DNA of 41,018 nt from Myxococcales bacterium (lineage in GTDB: Bacteria; Myxococcota_A; Polyangia; Polyangiales; Polyangiaceae). The first letter of the stretch is position 1; every line of letters starts with the position of its first letter. The stretch is from the NCBI GenBank assembly GCA_043747615.1, contig JAYTOU010000074.1, forward strand, positions 1 to 41,018, in the 5' to 3' direction. The translations under genes and the position numbers were made by a program. Shown here in pieces: positions 7,877 through 15,768 of this stretch. The notes beneath the pieces are model-generated. The model was not told where the DNA came from. It worked only from the letters and a program-made list of their open reading frames with translations, and did no database searches.

Positions 7877-9237
7877 GCGCCCACACGAAGCGGCTCGGGC
7901 AGCTTTGGTTGCTCGTCGTGGGTCTGGTTCTCGCGGCCACCTTGGCGTGCGCGGGCGAGCCAAGCGAGCAGACCAGCCCTGCGGCCACCGCAACTCCGGC
8001 CCCTGCCCCCGGCACCTTCAAATCCGGGATGGCGCCAATGCCGGCCGATCAGCGCGTGCCCGCCGCCGACATGCCCCCGGGAAGCTTCGATCCCGATCCC
8101 GGCCCGAGCGACGTCGTCTTTCCGCACCAGCAGATCATGATCCGCTTCAATCACAAGTTTCACATCGCCCAGGGCGCCACGTGCAAGACGTGCCATCCCG
8201 GCGCGTACACCAGCCAATCAGTGCAGGACCGCCTCCTTCCGCCGGGGACGACGTGCGACGCCTGCCACATGACCGACCACTCGGATCTCGCGAAGGTCAC
8301 CCCGGGCGACGACGAGTCGGGAAAATGCGTCTTCTGTCACCTTGCCTCGGAAAAGGCCTCGGAAAAAGCCGTCCCCATCGCGCGCTCGAATTTCCCGCGC
8401 GCGAACATGGTCTTCAATCACCAGAAGCACGTCTCGCGAAACATCAACTGCCAGCAGTGCCACGGAGCGGTGCAGGATCTCGAGCTCGCCACGCGCGACC
8501 AACTCCCACGCATGCGCGGCTGCTTCAAGTGCCACCAGATGACCGACTCGGCGGCGCGCGGCACGGCCAAGAGCGAGTGCACCACCTGCCACGTGCGCTC
8601 CGAAGCGCGCGACGCGAACGCCGGCCGCATGCGCACCATGTTCGCGAGCGGTGAAATGAAGCCGCCGCGGTGGCTCCGCAACGCCGCCCACACTCCAGAC
8701 TGGATTGATCGTCACAAGACCGTCGCCGGCAACGACTCCCAGTTCTGCGGCAACTGCCACAAGGAAGATTTCTGCACGGCCTGTCACGACGGTCGGGTTC
8801 GCCCCCGAAGCATTCATCCCTCCGACTACATCTCGATGCATCCGATCGAGGCCCGCCAGGCGACGACCAAGTGTACGAGCTGCCACCAAGAGCAGTCCTT
8901 CTGCCTCACGTGCCACCTGCGCGTGGGCGTCGCCATGAGCTCTGCGCCAGGCGACCGCATGTCGGCCCGTTTTCATCCGCCCAAGGCCATCTGGAGCGAC
9001 GCACCGAGGCGCCCTGGGCACCACGGCTTCGAGGCCGAACGTAATTTGAACGCCTGCGTGAGCTGCCACATCGAGCGCGACTGCGTCACCTGCCACGGTG
9101 GTCAAGGCATCGGTGGCGGCTTCAACCCCCATTCAAACGGCTTCGTCGGTGGCTGCGCTACGCAGATGCGGAGAAATCCGCGTCCTTGCTTCGTTTGCCA
9201 CCAGCCTGGCGACTCGGTGCTTGCACAATGCCGCTAA
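7873..9237 (+). CDS. 13-heme c-type cytochrome, probable lipoprotein
   Basis: 13 CxxCH: CKTCH, CDACH, CVFCH, CQQCH, CFKCH, CTTCH, CGNCH, CTACH, CTSCH, CLTCH, CVSCH, CVTCH, CFVCH; signal MSAHTKR..LAATLA-C; ATG 7873. Confidence 0.92.
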   Translation: MSAHTKRLGQLWLLVVGLVLAATLACAGEPSEQTSPAATATPAPAPGTFKSGMAPMPADQRVPAADMPPGSFDPDPGPSDVVFPHQQIMIRFNHKFHIAQGATCKTCHPGAYTSQSVQDRLLPPGTTCDACHMTDHSDLAKVTPGDDESGKCVFCHLASEKASEKAVPIARSNFPRANMVFNHQKHVSRNINCQQCHGAVQDLELATRDQLPRMRGCFKCHQMTDSAARGTAKSECTTCHVRSEARDANAGRMRTMFASGEMKPPRWLRNAAHTPDWIDRHKTVAGNDSQFCGNCHKEDFCTACHDGRVRPRSIHPSDYISMHPIEARQATTKCTSCHQEQSFCLTCHLRVGVAMSSAPGDRMSARFHPPKAIWSDAPRRPGHHGFEAERNLNACVSCHIERDCVTCHGGQGIGGGFNPHSNGFVGGCATQMRRNPRPCFVCHQPGDSVLAQCR

Positions 9238-9242
9238 AAATC

Positions 9243-9272
9243 TTGCATCGCGTGATGGCGAAGGCGTATAGC
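9243..9272 (+). promoter_or_regulatory. Possible internal sigma70-type promoter
   Basis: TTGCAT-18 bp-TATAGC upstream of AAGGAGG and GTG 9319. Confidence 0.3.
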
Positions 9273-9318
9273 CCACAGCTTCCAGGCCCGTCGTTTGACG
9301 ACCTGAAGGAGGAGCCAC

Positions 9319-9573
9319 GTGAAAGAACTTGTTCGGTACCTGCTGGACAACCTGTACCTGGATTTTCAGGGAGAAATAACCCTGGAGCAGGTGCGGCAGT
9401 TCTTGCGCGGGGACGACAGTCGCGAAGCGAAGGCCGTGCTCGCGAAGCTGATCGCGGACAAGGGTGTCGACGATCTTCTTCTCACGTTGGCCGATTGCCT
9501 GAAGGACCACATCCGAACGGGCGTCAGCGAACAGGTCGTACGCGAGCAACTGTCGCTCTACTCGGACAGCTGA
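9319..9573 (+). CDS. Small acidic helical protein of unknown function (84 aa)
   Basis: Strong SD AAGGAGG before GTG; amphipathic Leu/Asp/Glu-rich sequence. Confidence 0.8.
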   Translation: MKELVRYLLDNLYLDFQGEITLEQVRQFLRGDDSREAKAVLAKLIADKGVDDLLLTLADCLKDHIRTGVSEQVVREQLSLYSDS

Positions 9574-10649
9574 CCGCGGCAGTCGCGGTCTTCGCAGGGG
9601 GCTGCGATCAGGGGCATCAGAGCGATCAGCCGGCGTTTGTCGGGCCGCTCGTGCACGTCGTCGGAACGAACGTCGACGGGAGCCACAAGGCCACCACGAA
9701 TGGCGTCATTCAGATTGCCTTTGATCGGGCTCTTCTCCCGGTGACGGTGAACCGGCAGTCGTTCCCGATGTTCGACTACACGAAGACGCAGCTCGCTCCC
9801 ATCGTGACCTACGATCCGGTGGCGCTCGTCGTCACCTTGTCGAACCCCGACCCGAGCAACCCGAACTGGCTAAGGGCCGATCAGCCGTACAAAGTCGTTC
9901 TGGGAATCCCAGACGGCAACGCCGACGTCGGCGGCGTGCGGGCAATCGATCGGGCGCCGCTCGACCCTGCGCAGACGCGTCAGTTCGAGTTCCTGGTGGC
10001 GGGACTCACAACCGACCCAACGTCGCTCATCAACGGCGCGCCGATCAATTTTTGCAACGACGTCCTGCCGATTTTTTCGGCGTCGTGCTCGCAGGGAACC
10101 TGTCACGGAGCCGTCGAGGGCAAGGCCCGTCCCGCAGCGGGGCTCGTCCTCGCGACCTCGACCGGCGTCGCAAACACCGCGATCTCCAGGGTGGCGAACG
10201 GCTCGAACACCGGTCCCTTCGCGGGCGCCGGCCACTCGCCGTCCCGCCTCTTCGGCGTCGACATGCCCATCATCGATCCCCACGATCCAGGAAATAGCTG
10301 GCTCCTCTACAAGGTGCTCCTCGGATCTCCGGCGCCCGCTCTGGAGGTCGTCGAAGCCGGTACTACCGACGCAGGCGTTCCTCCCAGCGACGGCGGATCG
10401 GGGGCAGGCGTCCCTCGGTCGTGCGCACCGCAGCCACCGTTCCAATCGACCGCGTTCGACGCGCCCGGGCTGAGCGACGCCGAGCGCGGCCGCCTCTCGA
10501 ACTTCGTCCTCGGAAACAGGATGCCGTACCCCTCCATGCCCGGTCGGGACAACGCTGCCGACACCCTCACGCTCGCCGAGATGCAGCGCCTGAGGGCCTG
10601 GATTCAGCAGGGAGCGGTCGTCACCGATTGCTCGAGCTGCCCGCCCTAA
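9570..10649 (+). CDS. Probable lipoprotein with Ig-like domain and C-terminal cytochrome-c-like domain (CX4CH)
   Basis: Lipobox-like FAGG-C; Ig-like IQIAFDRALLP..V; DVLPIFSASCSQGTCHG; PHDPGNSWL; RMP; LTLAEMQRLRAWIQQGA. Start uncertain. Confidence 0.65.
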   Translation: MTAAVAVFAGGCDQGHQSDQPAFVGPLVHVVGTNVDGSHKATTNGVIQIAFDRALLPVTVNRQSFPMFDYTKTQLAPIVTYDPVALVVTLSNPDPSNPNWLRADQPYKVVLGIPDGNADVGGVRAIDRAPLDPAQTRQFEFLVAGLTTDPTSLINGAPINFCNDVLPIFSASCSQGTCHGAVEGKARPAAGLVLATSTGVANTAISRVANGSNTGPFAGAGHSPSRLFGVDMPIIDPHDPGNSWLLYKVLLGSPAPALEVVEAGTTDAGVPPSDGGSGAGVPRSCAPQPPFQSTAFDAPGLSDAERGRLSNFVLGNRMPYPSMPGRDNAADTLTLAEMQRLRAWIQQGAVVTDCSSCPP

Positions 10650-11587
10650 GTCGCGACGCGGTTTCGTCCGTTTTTCTTGGCGCTGTAGAGCGCAGCGTCG
10701 GCCACGCCGTAGAGCTCCTCGGGCCCCCCGGTGCTGTCGACGGTGGTCGCGAGCCCAACGCTCACGGTGCAGGCCATGGTGACTTGGTCGAAGGTAAATC
10801 GGCTCTCTTCGACGATCGCGCGCACTTTTTCCGCAGTCACGAGCGCGGCCACGATGCCCACCTCGGGCAGGATGACCGCGAACTCTTCGCCTCCCACGCG
10901 CGCGAAGATGTCTTCCCGGCGGAGCTTCTCGTTCACCGCCGTCGCCATCTGCTTGAGGAGGGCGTCCCCCGCGACGTGCCCGTACTCGTCGTTCTTTATC
11001 TTGAAGAAATCGATGTCGATGATCATGAGCGACAGATCGCGTTTGTAGCGCCGGCAGCGGTTGAACTCACGCTCGAGGGCTTCGGTGAAGTAGCGCTTGT
11101 TGAACACCTGCGTGAGACCGTCGACGGTCATCAAGCGGTAAATTTCCTCGTGGTAGCTGTGCTCGACGTTGTCGCCCGTCATGAACTTCATGATCGAGTG
11201 CCCGACCTTGATCTGGTCGCCGTCTTTGAGCTTCCGCTCCGTAACCGCGGTGTCGTTCACGTAGGTTCCGTTCGTCGATCCGAGATCCGCGATCATGTAC
11301 GGAGCGGCGTTGGCCGCGCTCAGACTACGGCCGCTCGCTGCCCCGCCGCGGGTGATCCGGGCGTGGTGGCGACTCACGCTCTCCTGATCCAACGCGAGAT
11401 CGCTCGCGGACGAGCGCCCGATCTCGAAGTCGCCCGCACCGAGCGGAATCCGCCGGCCGAGGTCGCTGCCATAGATGACGACGAGGCACGCCTCGCCATT
11501 GCCCGACGACTTGGGCTCATGGCGAACGACGGGCGTGAGGACGCTCGTCTCGTCTGGATCTATCGGGCGTCGGGGCCGATCGGTCAT
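10646..11587 (-). CDS. FHA-domain diguanylate cyclase (GGDEF)
   Basis: FHA: IGR..SVSRHHA..DLGSTNGTYVN; DGLTQVFN, DIDFFK..NDEYGH..GD, RxxD I-site (RRED), GGEEF. Confidence 0.92.
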   Translation of the reverse strand: MTDRPRRPIDPDETSVLTPVVRHEPKSSGNGEACLVVIYGSDLGRRIPLGAGDFEIGRSSASDLALDQESVSRHHARITRGGAASGRSLSAANAAPYMIADLGSTNGTYVNDTAVTERKLKDGDQIKVGHSIMKFMTGDNVEHSYHEEIYRLMTVDGLTQVFNKRYFTEALEREFNRCRRYKRDLSLMIIDIDFFKIKNDEYGHVAGDALLKQMATAVNEKLRREDIFARVGGEEFAVILPEVGIVAALVTAEKVRAIVEESRFTFDQVTMACTVSVGLATTVDSTGGPEELYGVADAALYSAKKNGRNRVAT

Positions 11588-11634
11588 CAGGGCAAGGGTA
11601 CACGTGGTCGCACCCAAAAATCAGCCCAACCGTT

Positions 11635-12750
11635 CTAGATCGCGATCTCGGTGAGCTGAATCTTCGCGCGATCGTTGATGCCCAGGCCGAGATCTGCCGC
11701 GGCCTGTATGTACCCCGGCGGGCGCCCTTCGTCGGTCAACGTGCGCAGCTTCATCTCCGCGCGCATTTTTTCGACGATCTCCCAGCCGACGGTGTCCAGC
11801 GCCACCGGGTCGGTCGACGCGTACACGGCCTCGTGAATTTTTCGGTATTGCGGCTGCTTGTCGAGCGGGCCGCCGTGCGCCATCACCTGCATGGCGTCGA
11901 CGATGCAGAGACGCACCCGGCTCTTGATGATGTCCTGCGCGTAGAGGATGGCGATCTGCGGAGAGGCGTGATGCGAGTGAAAATAGTGCGGAACCGTCTG
12001 GGTGCCGTGGGTCATGTTCTTCATGACGCCCGTGAATCCGCAGATCGAGTGATCCTTCATGAGGCCGAAGTTGATGGCCGCCGTCGACTCGGTGAGCACG
12101 CGGGCGAACTTGGTCTTCACGCCGGTCCCCGGAATGAGGCGCTCCTCCATTGTGGTGTCGGAGTTGTTGTGAACGGCGACCTTCACACCCTTGGGAACGT
12201 TGCCCTGGTTGATGCGCGTTCCTGCGAGGAAGCTGCCGTATTGCTCGAGAACGGTGATTTTTTCGGCAGGCACTCCGGAGGCAATCATGGCCTCGATGAA
12301 CGGGATCACGAGCTCCAGGCTCGTTCCGTGGTTCTTGCCCGCGATGCCGTTCACCTTGACGACGACCTTGTCGTCCTTGTGGACGAAACGGCCAACGGCG
12401 GTCGTGAGATCGGCCTCACCAGTAAGCTCCATGAGCGCTTTGGTGAGCATCGCCTTCGCGTCGTCCGGCTTCGGATAAATCTGATTGGCCTGGAGGCAGC
12501 CCGGTTTCTTCACCTTGACGATACGGCCTGGCGCGGAGAACGGCGTAAAGCCCGGAGGGGGAGACGCGGCGAGGTTGGGCCCGGGCTTGGGTGCTTCACC
12601 CCCGAGTGCATCACGACCCGCGAGCATGGTCGCGCCGATCGCCGTCGCTGCAGCACCGTGGAGGAACGCTCGCCGAGAAGGCTGCGTCGCGGTTTGCCGC
12701 TTTGCTTCGTCGATCGCTGCCAAAATCTCGGCCTCTTTGTCGTTCGCCAT
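11635..12750 (-). CDS. Tat-exported DUF362-domain protein
   Basis: Twin-arginine SRRAFL signal; VVVKVN; KDHSICGFTGVMKN; STDPVALD; AADLGLG; AAGGAG before ATG 12750. Confidence 0.8.
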   Translation of the reverse strand: MANDKEAEILAAIDEAKRQTATQPSRRAFLHGAAATAIGATMLAGRDALGGEAPKPGPNLAASPPPGFTPFSAPGRIVKVKKPGCLQANQIYPKPDDAKAMLTKALMELTGEADLTTAVGRFVHKDDKVVVKVNGIAGKNHGTSLELVIPFIEAMIASGVPAEKITVLEQYGSFLAGTRINQGNVPKGVKVAVHNNSDTTMEERLIPGTGVKTKFARVLTESTAAINFGLMKDHSICGFTGVMKNMTHGTQTVPHYFHSHHASPQIAILYAQDIIKSRVRLCIVDAMQVMAHGGPLDKQPQYRKIHEAVYASTDPVALDTVGWEIVEKMRAEMKLRTLTDEGRPPGYIQAAADLGLGINDRAKIQLTEIAI

Positions 12751-12997
12751 GGTGATGCTCCTTCGCTGCTCTCCGAAAACTAGCACTCATCGCGTAACAC
12801 GGCCGCGGCGGGCTCGCAAAAAACGCCGGCCCCGCTGCCCCCCCCTGTCCGCGGACAGCTCCGATCCGGCGCGGTCACCTGCGAGACGCCTTTTTCTCGA
12901 GAAATTGCGACGTCCGCGCGAGGCATGGGTCTCGCTAAGCCTCTCGTACGCAGGGCAAACGTGCCCGGCGAGATGGATCAATCAAAGGAGAAGGACC

Positions 12998-13261
12998 ATG
13001 GAAACGCAGAGCAACGGACGAGCATTGAAGATGGTGTACACGGTGGTCGAGCGCGCACCCGGCAAGACGTTCTGGACGCGCGTCGGGGTGGGGAGCGTGA
13101 ATCGCGACGGTTCGCTCGGGCTCCGCCTCGACGCGATTCCGATCTCGGGTGTGCTTCAGGTGCGGGATTGGGAGCCTCGTGACGATGCACCGGGTACGGC
13201 CAAGGCTCCCGACTCACCGCGTTCACGCGCGAAAGAGCTCGCCCCCGAGCCCCTCTTCTGA
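12998..13261 (+). CDS. Small beta-rich conserved-type hypothetical protein (87 aa), upstream of comEA
   Basis: AAGGAG/AAGGA SD before ATG 12998; FWTRVGVGSVNRDGSLGLRLDAIPISG motif. Confidence 0.8.
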   Translation: METQSNGRALKMVYTVVERAPGKTFWTRVGVGSVNRDGSLGLRLDAIPISGVLQVRDWEPRDDAPGTAKAPDSPRSRAKELAPEPLF

Positions 13262-13275
13262 GCGACGGACGAACC

Positions 13276-13827
13276 ATGAAGCTCGGTCTTCGGAGGGCGG
13301 CGCAGATCGTACGCGCCGTCCTCGTTCGTCTGCTCCAAACTACCTGGTGGAAACCGATGGTCCGCGTTGCGCTCTTGGCGTGCGGTCTCCTCGTGCTCGC
13401 CTTCATTGGCCGCGCCACCTCACCCGCCAGCGCCTCGCCCGCCGCTCCATCGAGCAGTCCAAGCGCGAGCGCGATCCCGGTGGCTCCTGCGCTTCCTTCG
13501 ACGCCGACTCCGACGCCACTCGCCACGACGAGCGCCGGCCCGGCACAAGCCAACGCGCCCTCAAGCGCTGTTTCTGCGCGCGCGACGCCCGAAACTCCAG
13601 TCATCCTGAACGTCGCTTCTATCGACGATCTGAGACGCCTTCCCGGCATCGGTCCAAAGCGAGCAGAGGCCGTGCTCGCATTGCGCGCGAAAATAGGCCG
13701 TTTTCACCAAGTCGAGGATCTCCTTCGCGTGAAGGGAATCGGGCGGGCCACGCTCAAACGGCTTCGGCCGCTCGTGCGGCTCGACCCTGTACCGCCAAGC
13801 GGAGGCGATCAAGCAGCGGCGCGATGA
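13276..13827 (+). CDS. comEA: ComEA-family helix-hairpin-helix DNA-binding protein
   Basis: N-term TM, Pro/Ala/Ser linker, LNVAS..DLRRLPGIGPKRAEA...F..VEDLLRVKGIG. Confidence 0.85.
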   Translation: MKLGLRRAAQIVRAVLVRLLQTTWWKPMVRVALLACGLLVLAFIGRATSPASASPAAPSSSPSASAIPVAPALPSTPTPTPLATTSAGPAQANAPSSAVSARATPETPVILNVASIDDLRRLPGIGPKRAEAVLALRAKIGRFHQVEDLLRVKGIGRATLKRLRPLVRLDPVPPSGGDQAAAR

Positions 13828-14422
13828 CCTCACGGCGAAGCTTGAACGACGCGCGGTTCGCGACGAGGACGCTCGAGATAAGAGCAACCTCGTCGCGCAC
13901 CTCGAGTCCATTTTGGGCGAGCGTCTCGCCGCTCTCCACCAGATCGACGATCAGGTCTGCGAGGCCGGTGAGCGGCGCGAGCTCTACCGAGCCCTGCACG
14001 AAAACGATGTCCACCTGCTGCCCGCGACGCGCGAAATACGCGGCGGCTATCCGCGGATACTTGGTCGCCACCCGCGGCACGTCGCCGAGGGGCGCCTCAT
14101 GGCCTTTCACCCCCGCGACGACCATTCGACACCGTCCGATCCCCAGGTCGAGAGGCTCGTAGAGCTCACTCTCACGCTCGAGGAGAACGTCTTTGCCGCA
14201 CACGCCAAGGTCCGCCGCGCCGTACTCCACGTAGGTGGGCACGTCGTCGGGCTTGAGCAAGAGAAAGCGCGCGCTCTTGTCGCCGGCCTCGCGAATGAGG
14301 GTCCGATCCTCAATCGAAAGCACGCTCGGATCGATGCCCGCATGGGCGAGCAGCGGCGTCAGCACCTTGAGAATCCGCCCCTTGGGGAGGGCGATGGTCA
14401 GCGGAGCGTGCCGCCCACTCAT
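13754..14422 (-). CDS. hisG: ATP phosphoribosyltransferase, short form
   Basis: LTIALPKGR, DVPTYVEYGAADLG, RVATKYP, GSVELAP, IVDLVESGETL; 222 aa without regulatory domain; ATG overlaps murA stop (TGATG). Confidence 0.95.
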   Translation of the reverse strand: MSGRHAPLTIALPKGRILKVLTPLLAHAGIDPSVLSIEDRTLIREAGDKSARFLLLKPDDVPTYVEYGAADLGVCGKDVLLERESELYEPLDLGIGRCRMVVAGVKGHEAPLGDVPRVATKYPRIAAAYFARRGQQVDIVFVQGSVELAPLTGLADLIVDLVESGETLAQNGLEVRDEVALISSVLVANRASFKLRREVIAPLLDRLRLAVQGRAARAAEAV

Positions 14423-15705
14423 CAGCTGTCGGCCCCGACCACCCGCTTGATGTTCGCGCCGAGGCCGCCAAGCTTCTCCTCTATGTGCTCGTAGCCGCGG
14501 TCCAGGTGATAAACGCGGCGCACCTCGGTCTCGTCCTCGGAGACCAGCCCGGCGATGATGAGAGACGCGCTCGCGCGGAGATCGGTGGCCATTACGCTCG
14601 CCCCGTAGGTCTTCTCCACCCCTTGCACGACGGCTGTATTCCCTCGAAGAGCGATGCTTGCCCCCATGCGCTGAAGCTCGGGAACGTGCATGAATCGGTT
14701 TTCGAAGATCGTCTCCGTGATCATGCTCTCGCCCTTCGCGAGGCACATCAAGACCAGGAACTGCGCCTGCATGTCCGTCGGGAAGCCAGGGTGCGGCGCG
14801 GTGGTGATGTTCACGGCGCGGAGCGGCCCGTTGCGGCGAACACGAATGCTTTGCCCGACAGCGGTGATCTCGACGCCGGCCATCCGCATCTTGGCGACGA
14901 GCGCTTCCAGAGCCGAGATTTCAGCGCCCTCGAGGGTGACGTCGCCGCCTGGCGTTGCCGCGGCCGCGATCATGTACGTCCCGGCTTCGATCCGATCGGG
15001 AATGATGGCGTGATCGAATGGGGCGAGGGTTCCTCGATCGCAACCGGTGATGTGGATGACGTCGGTTCCCGCTCCGTCGACCTCTGCGCCCATCTTGTTG
15101 AGGACGCGGCCGAGCTCTTCGACCTCCGGCTCACGAGCGCAATTGACGAGGGTGCTTCGCCCCTTGGCGAGCGCTGCGGCCATCATCAAGTTCTCCGTAC
15201 CGGTCACCGTCGGGAGGTCGAAGATCACCTCCGCGGCCCGCAGACGCTCGCCACCATTCGGCCCCTCGGCGATCACGTACCCGCGCTCCAGACGAATTTT
15301 TGCCCCCATCGCTTCGAGGCCCTTCAAGTGCTGATCGATCGGGCGCGCACCGATCGCGCAGCCGCCAGGAAGGGAGACCTTCGCTCGACCGAAACGGGCG
15401 AGGAGCGGACCGAGCACGAGCACGCTTGCGCGCATCTGCTTTACGAGCTCGTAAGGAGCCTCGGGGCGGACGTCATCACCGGCGGCGACGTGGACCTCGG
15501 GAGCGTCGACCCGAACGTCACGCCCGAGGAACCGGAGGAGGGCCGCAGTCGTGTCGATGTCGCGCAGCGCAGGGACATTGCGAAGGCGGCTAGCGCCGTC
15601 GGAGAGAAGTGTCGCGCACAGGATCGGCAGAGCGGCGTTCTTTGCACCACTGATTCGAACCGTACCGTGGAGGGTTGCGCCGCCGCGGACGTGAATGGCA
15701 TCCAT
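14422..15705 (-). CDS. murA: UDP-N-acetylglucosamine 1-carboxyvinyltransferase
   Basis: [29 protein letters not shown] (catalytic Cys), [25 protein letters not shown]. Confidence 0.97.
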   Translation of the reverse strand: MDAIHVRGGATLHGTVRISGAKNAALPILCATLLSDGASRLRNVPALRDIDTTAALLRFLGRDVRVDAPEVHVAAGDDVRPEAPYELVKQMRASVLVLGPLLARFGRAKVSLPGGCAIGARPIDQHLKGLEAMGAKIRLERGYVIAEGPNGGERLRAAEVIFDLPTVTGTENLMMAAALAKGRSTLVNCAREPEVEELGRVLNKMGAEVDGAGTDVIHITGCDRGTLAPFDHAIIPDRIEAGTYMIAAAATPGGDVTLEGAEISALEALVAKMRMAGVEITAVGQSIRVRRNGPLRAVNITTAPHPGFPTDMQAQFLVLMCLAKGESMITETIFENRFMHVPELQRMGASIALRGNTAVVQGVEKTYGASVMATDLRASASLIIAGLVSEDETEVRRVYHLDRGYEHIEEKLGGLGANIKRVVGADS

Positions 15706-15768
15706 ACCTTGGAAGTAGACGTGATCCTCGCCGAGCGCCAAGAAAACGCGCGGCCAGCGAGCGCACGT

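Noticed and set aside
14423..14746. hisG N-terminal extension (330-aa ORF)
   Set aside because: Off-frame overlap with murA; TGATG coupling gives the start at 14422
15706..15741. EDHVYFQG before MurA resembling a TEV site
   Set aside because: Chance translation of the 5' region; no vector or tag context
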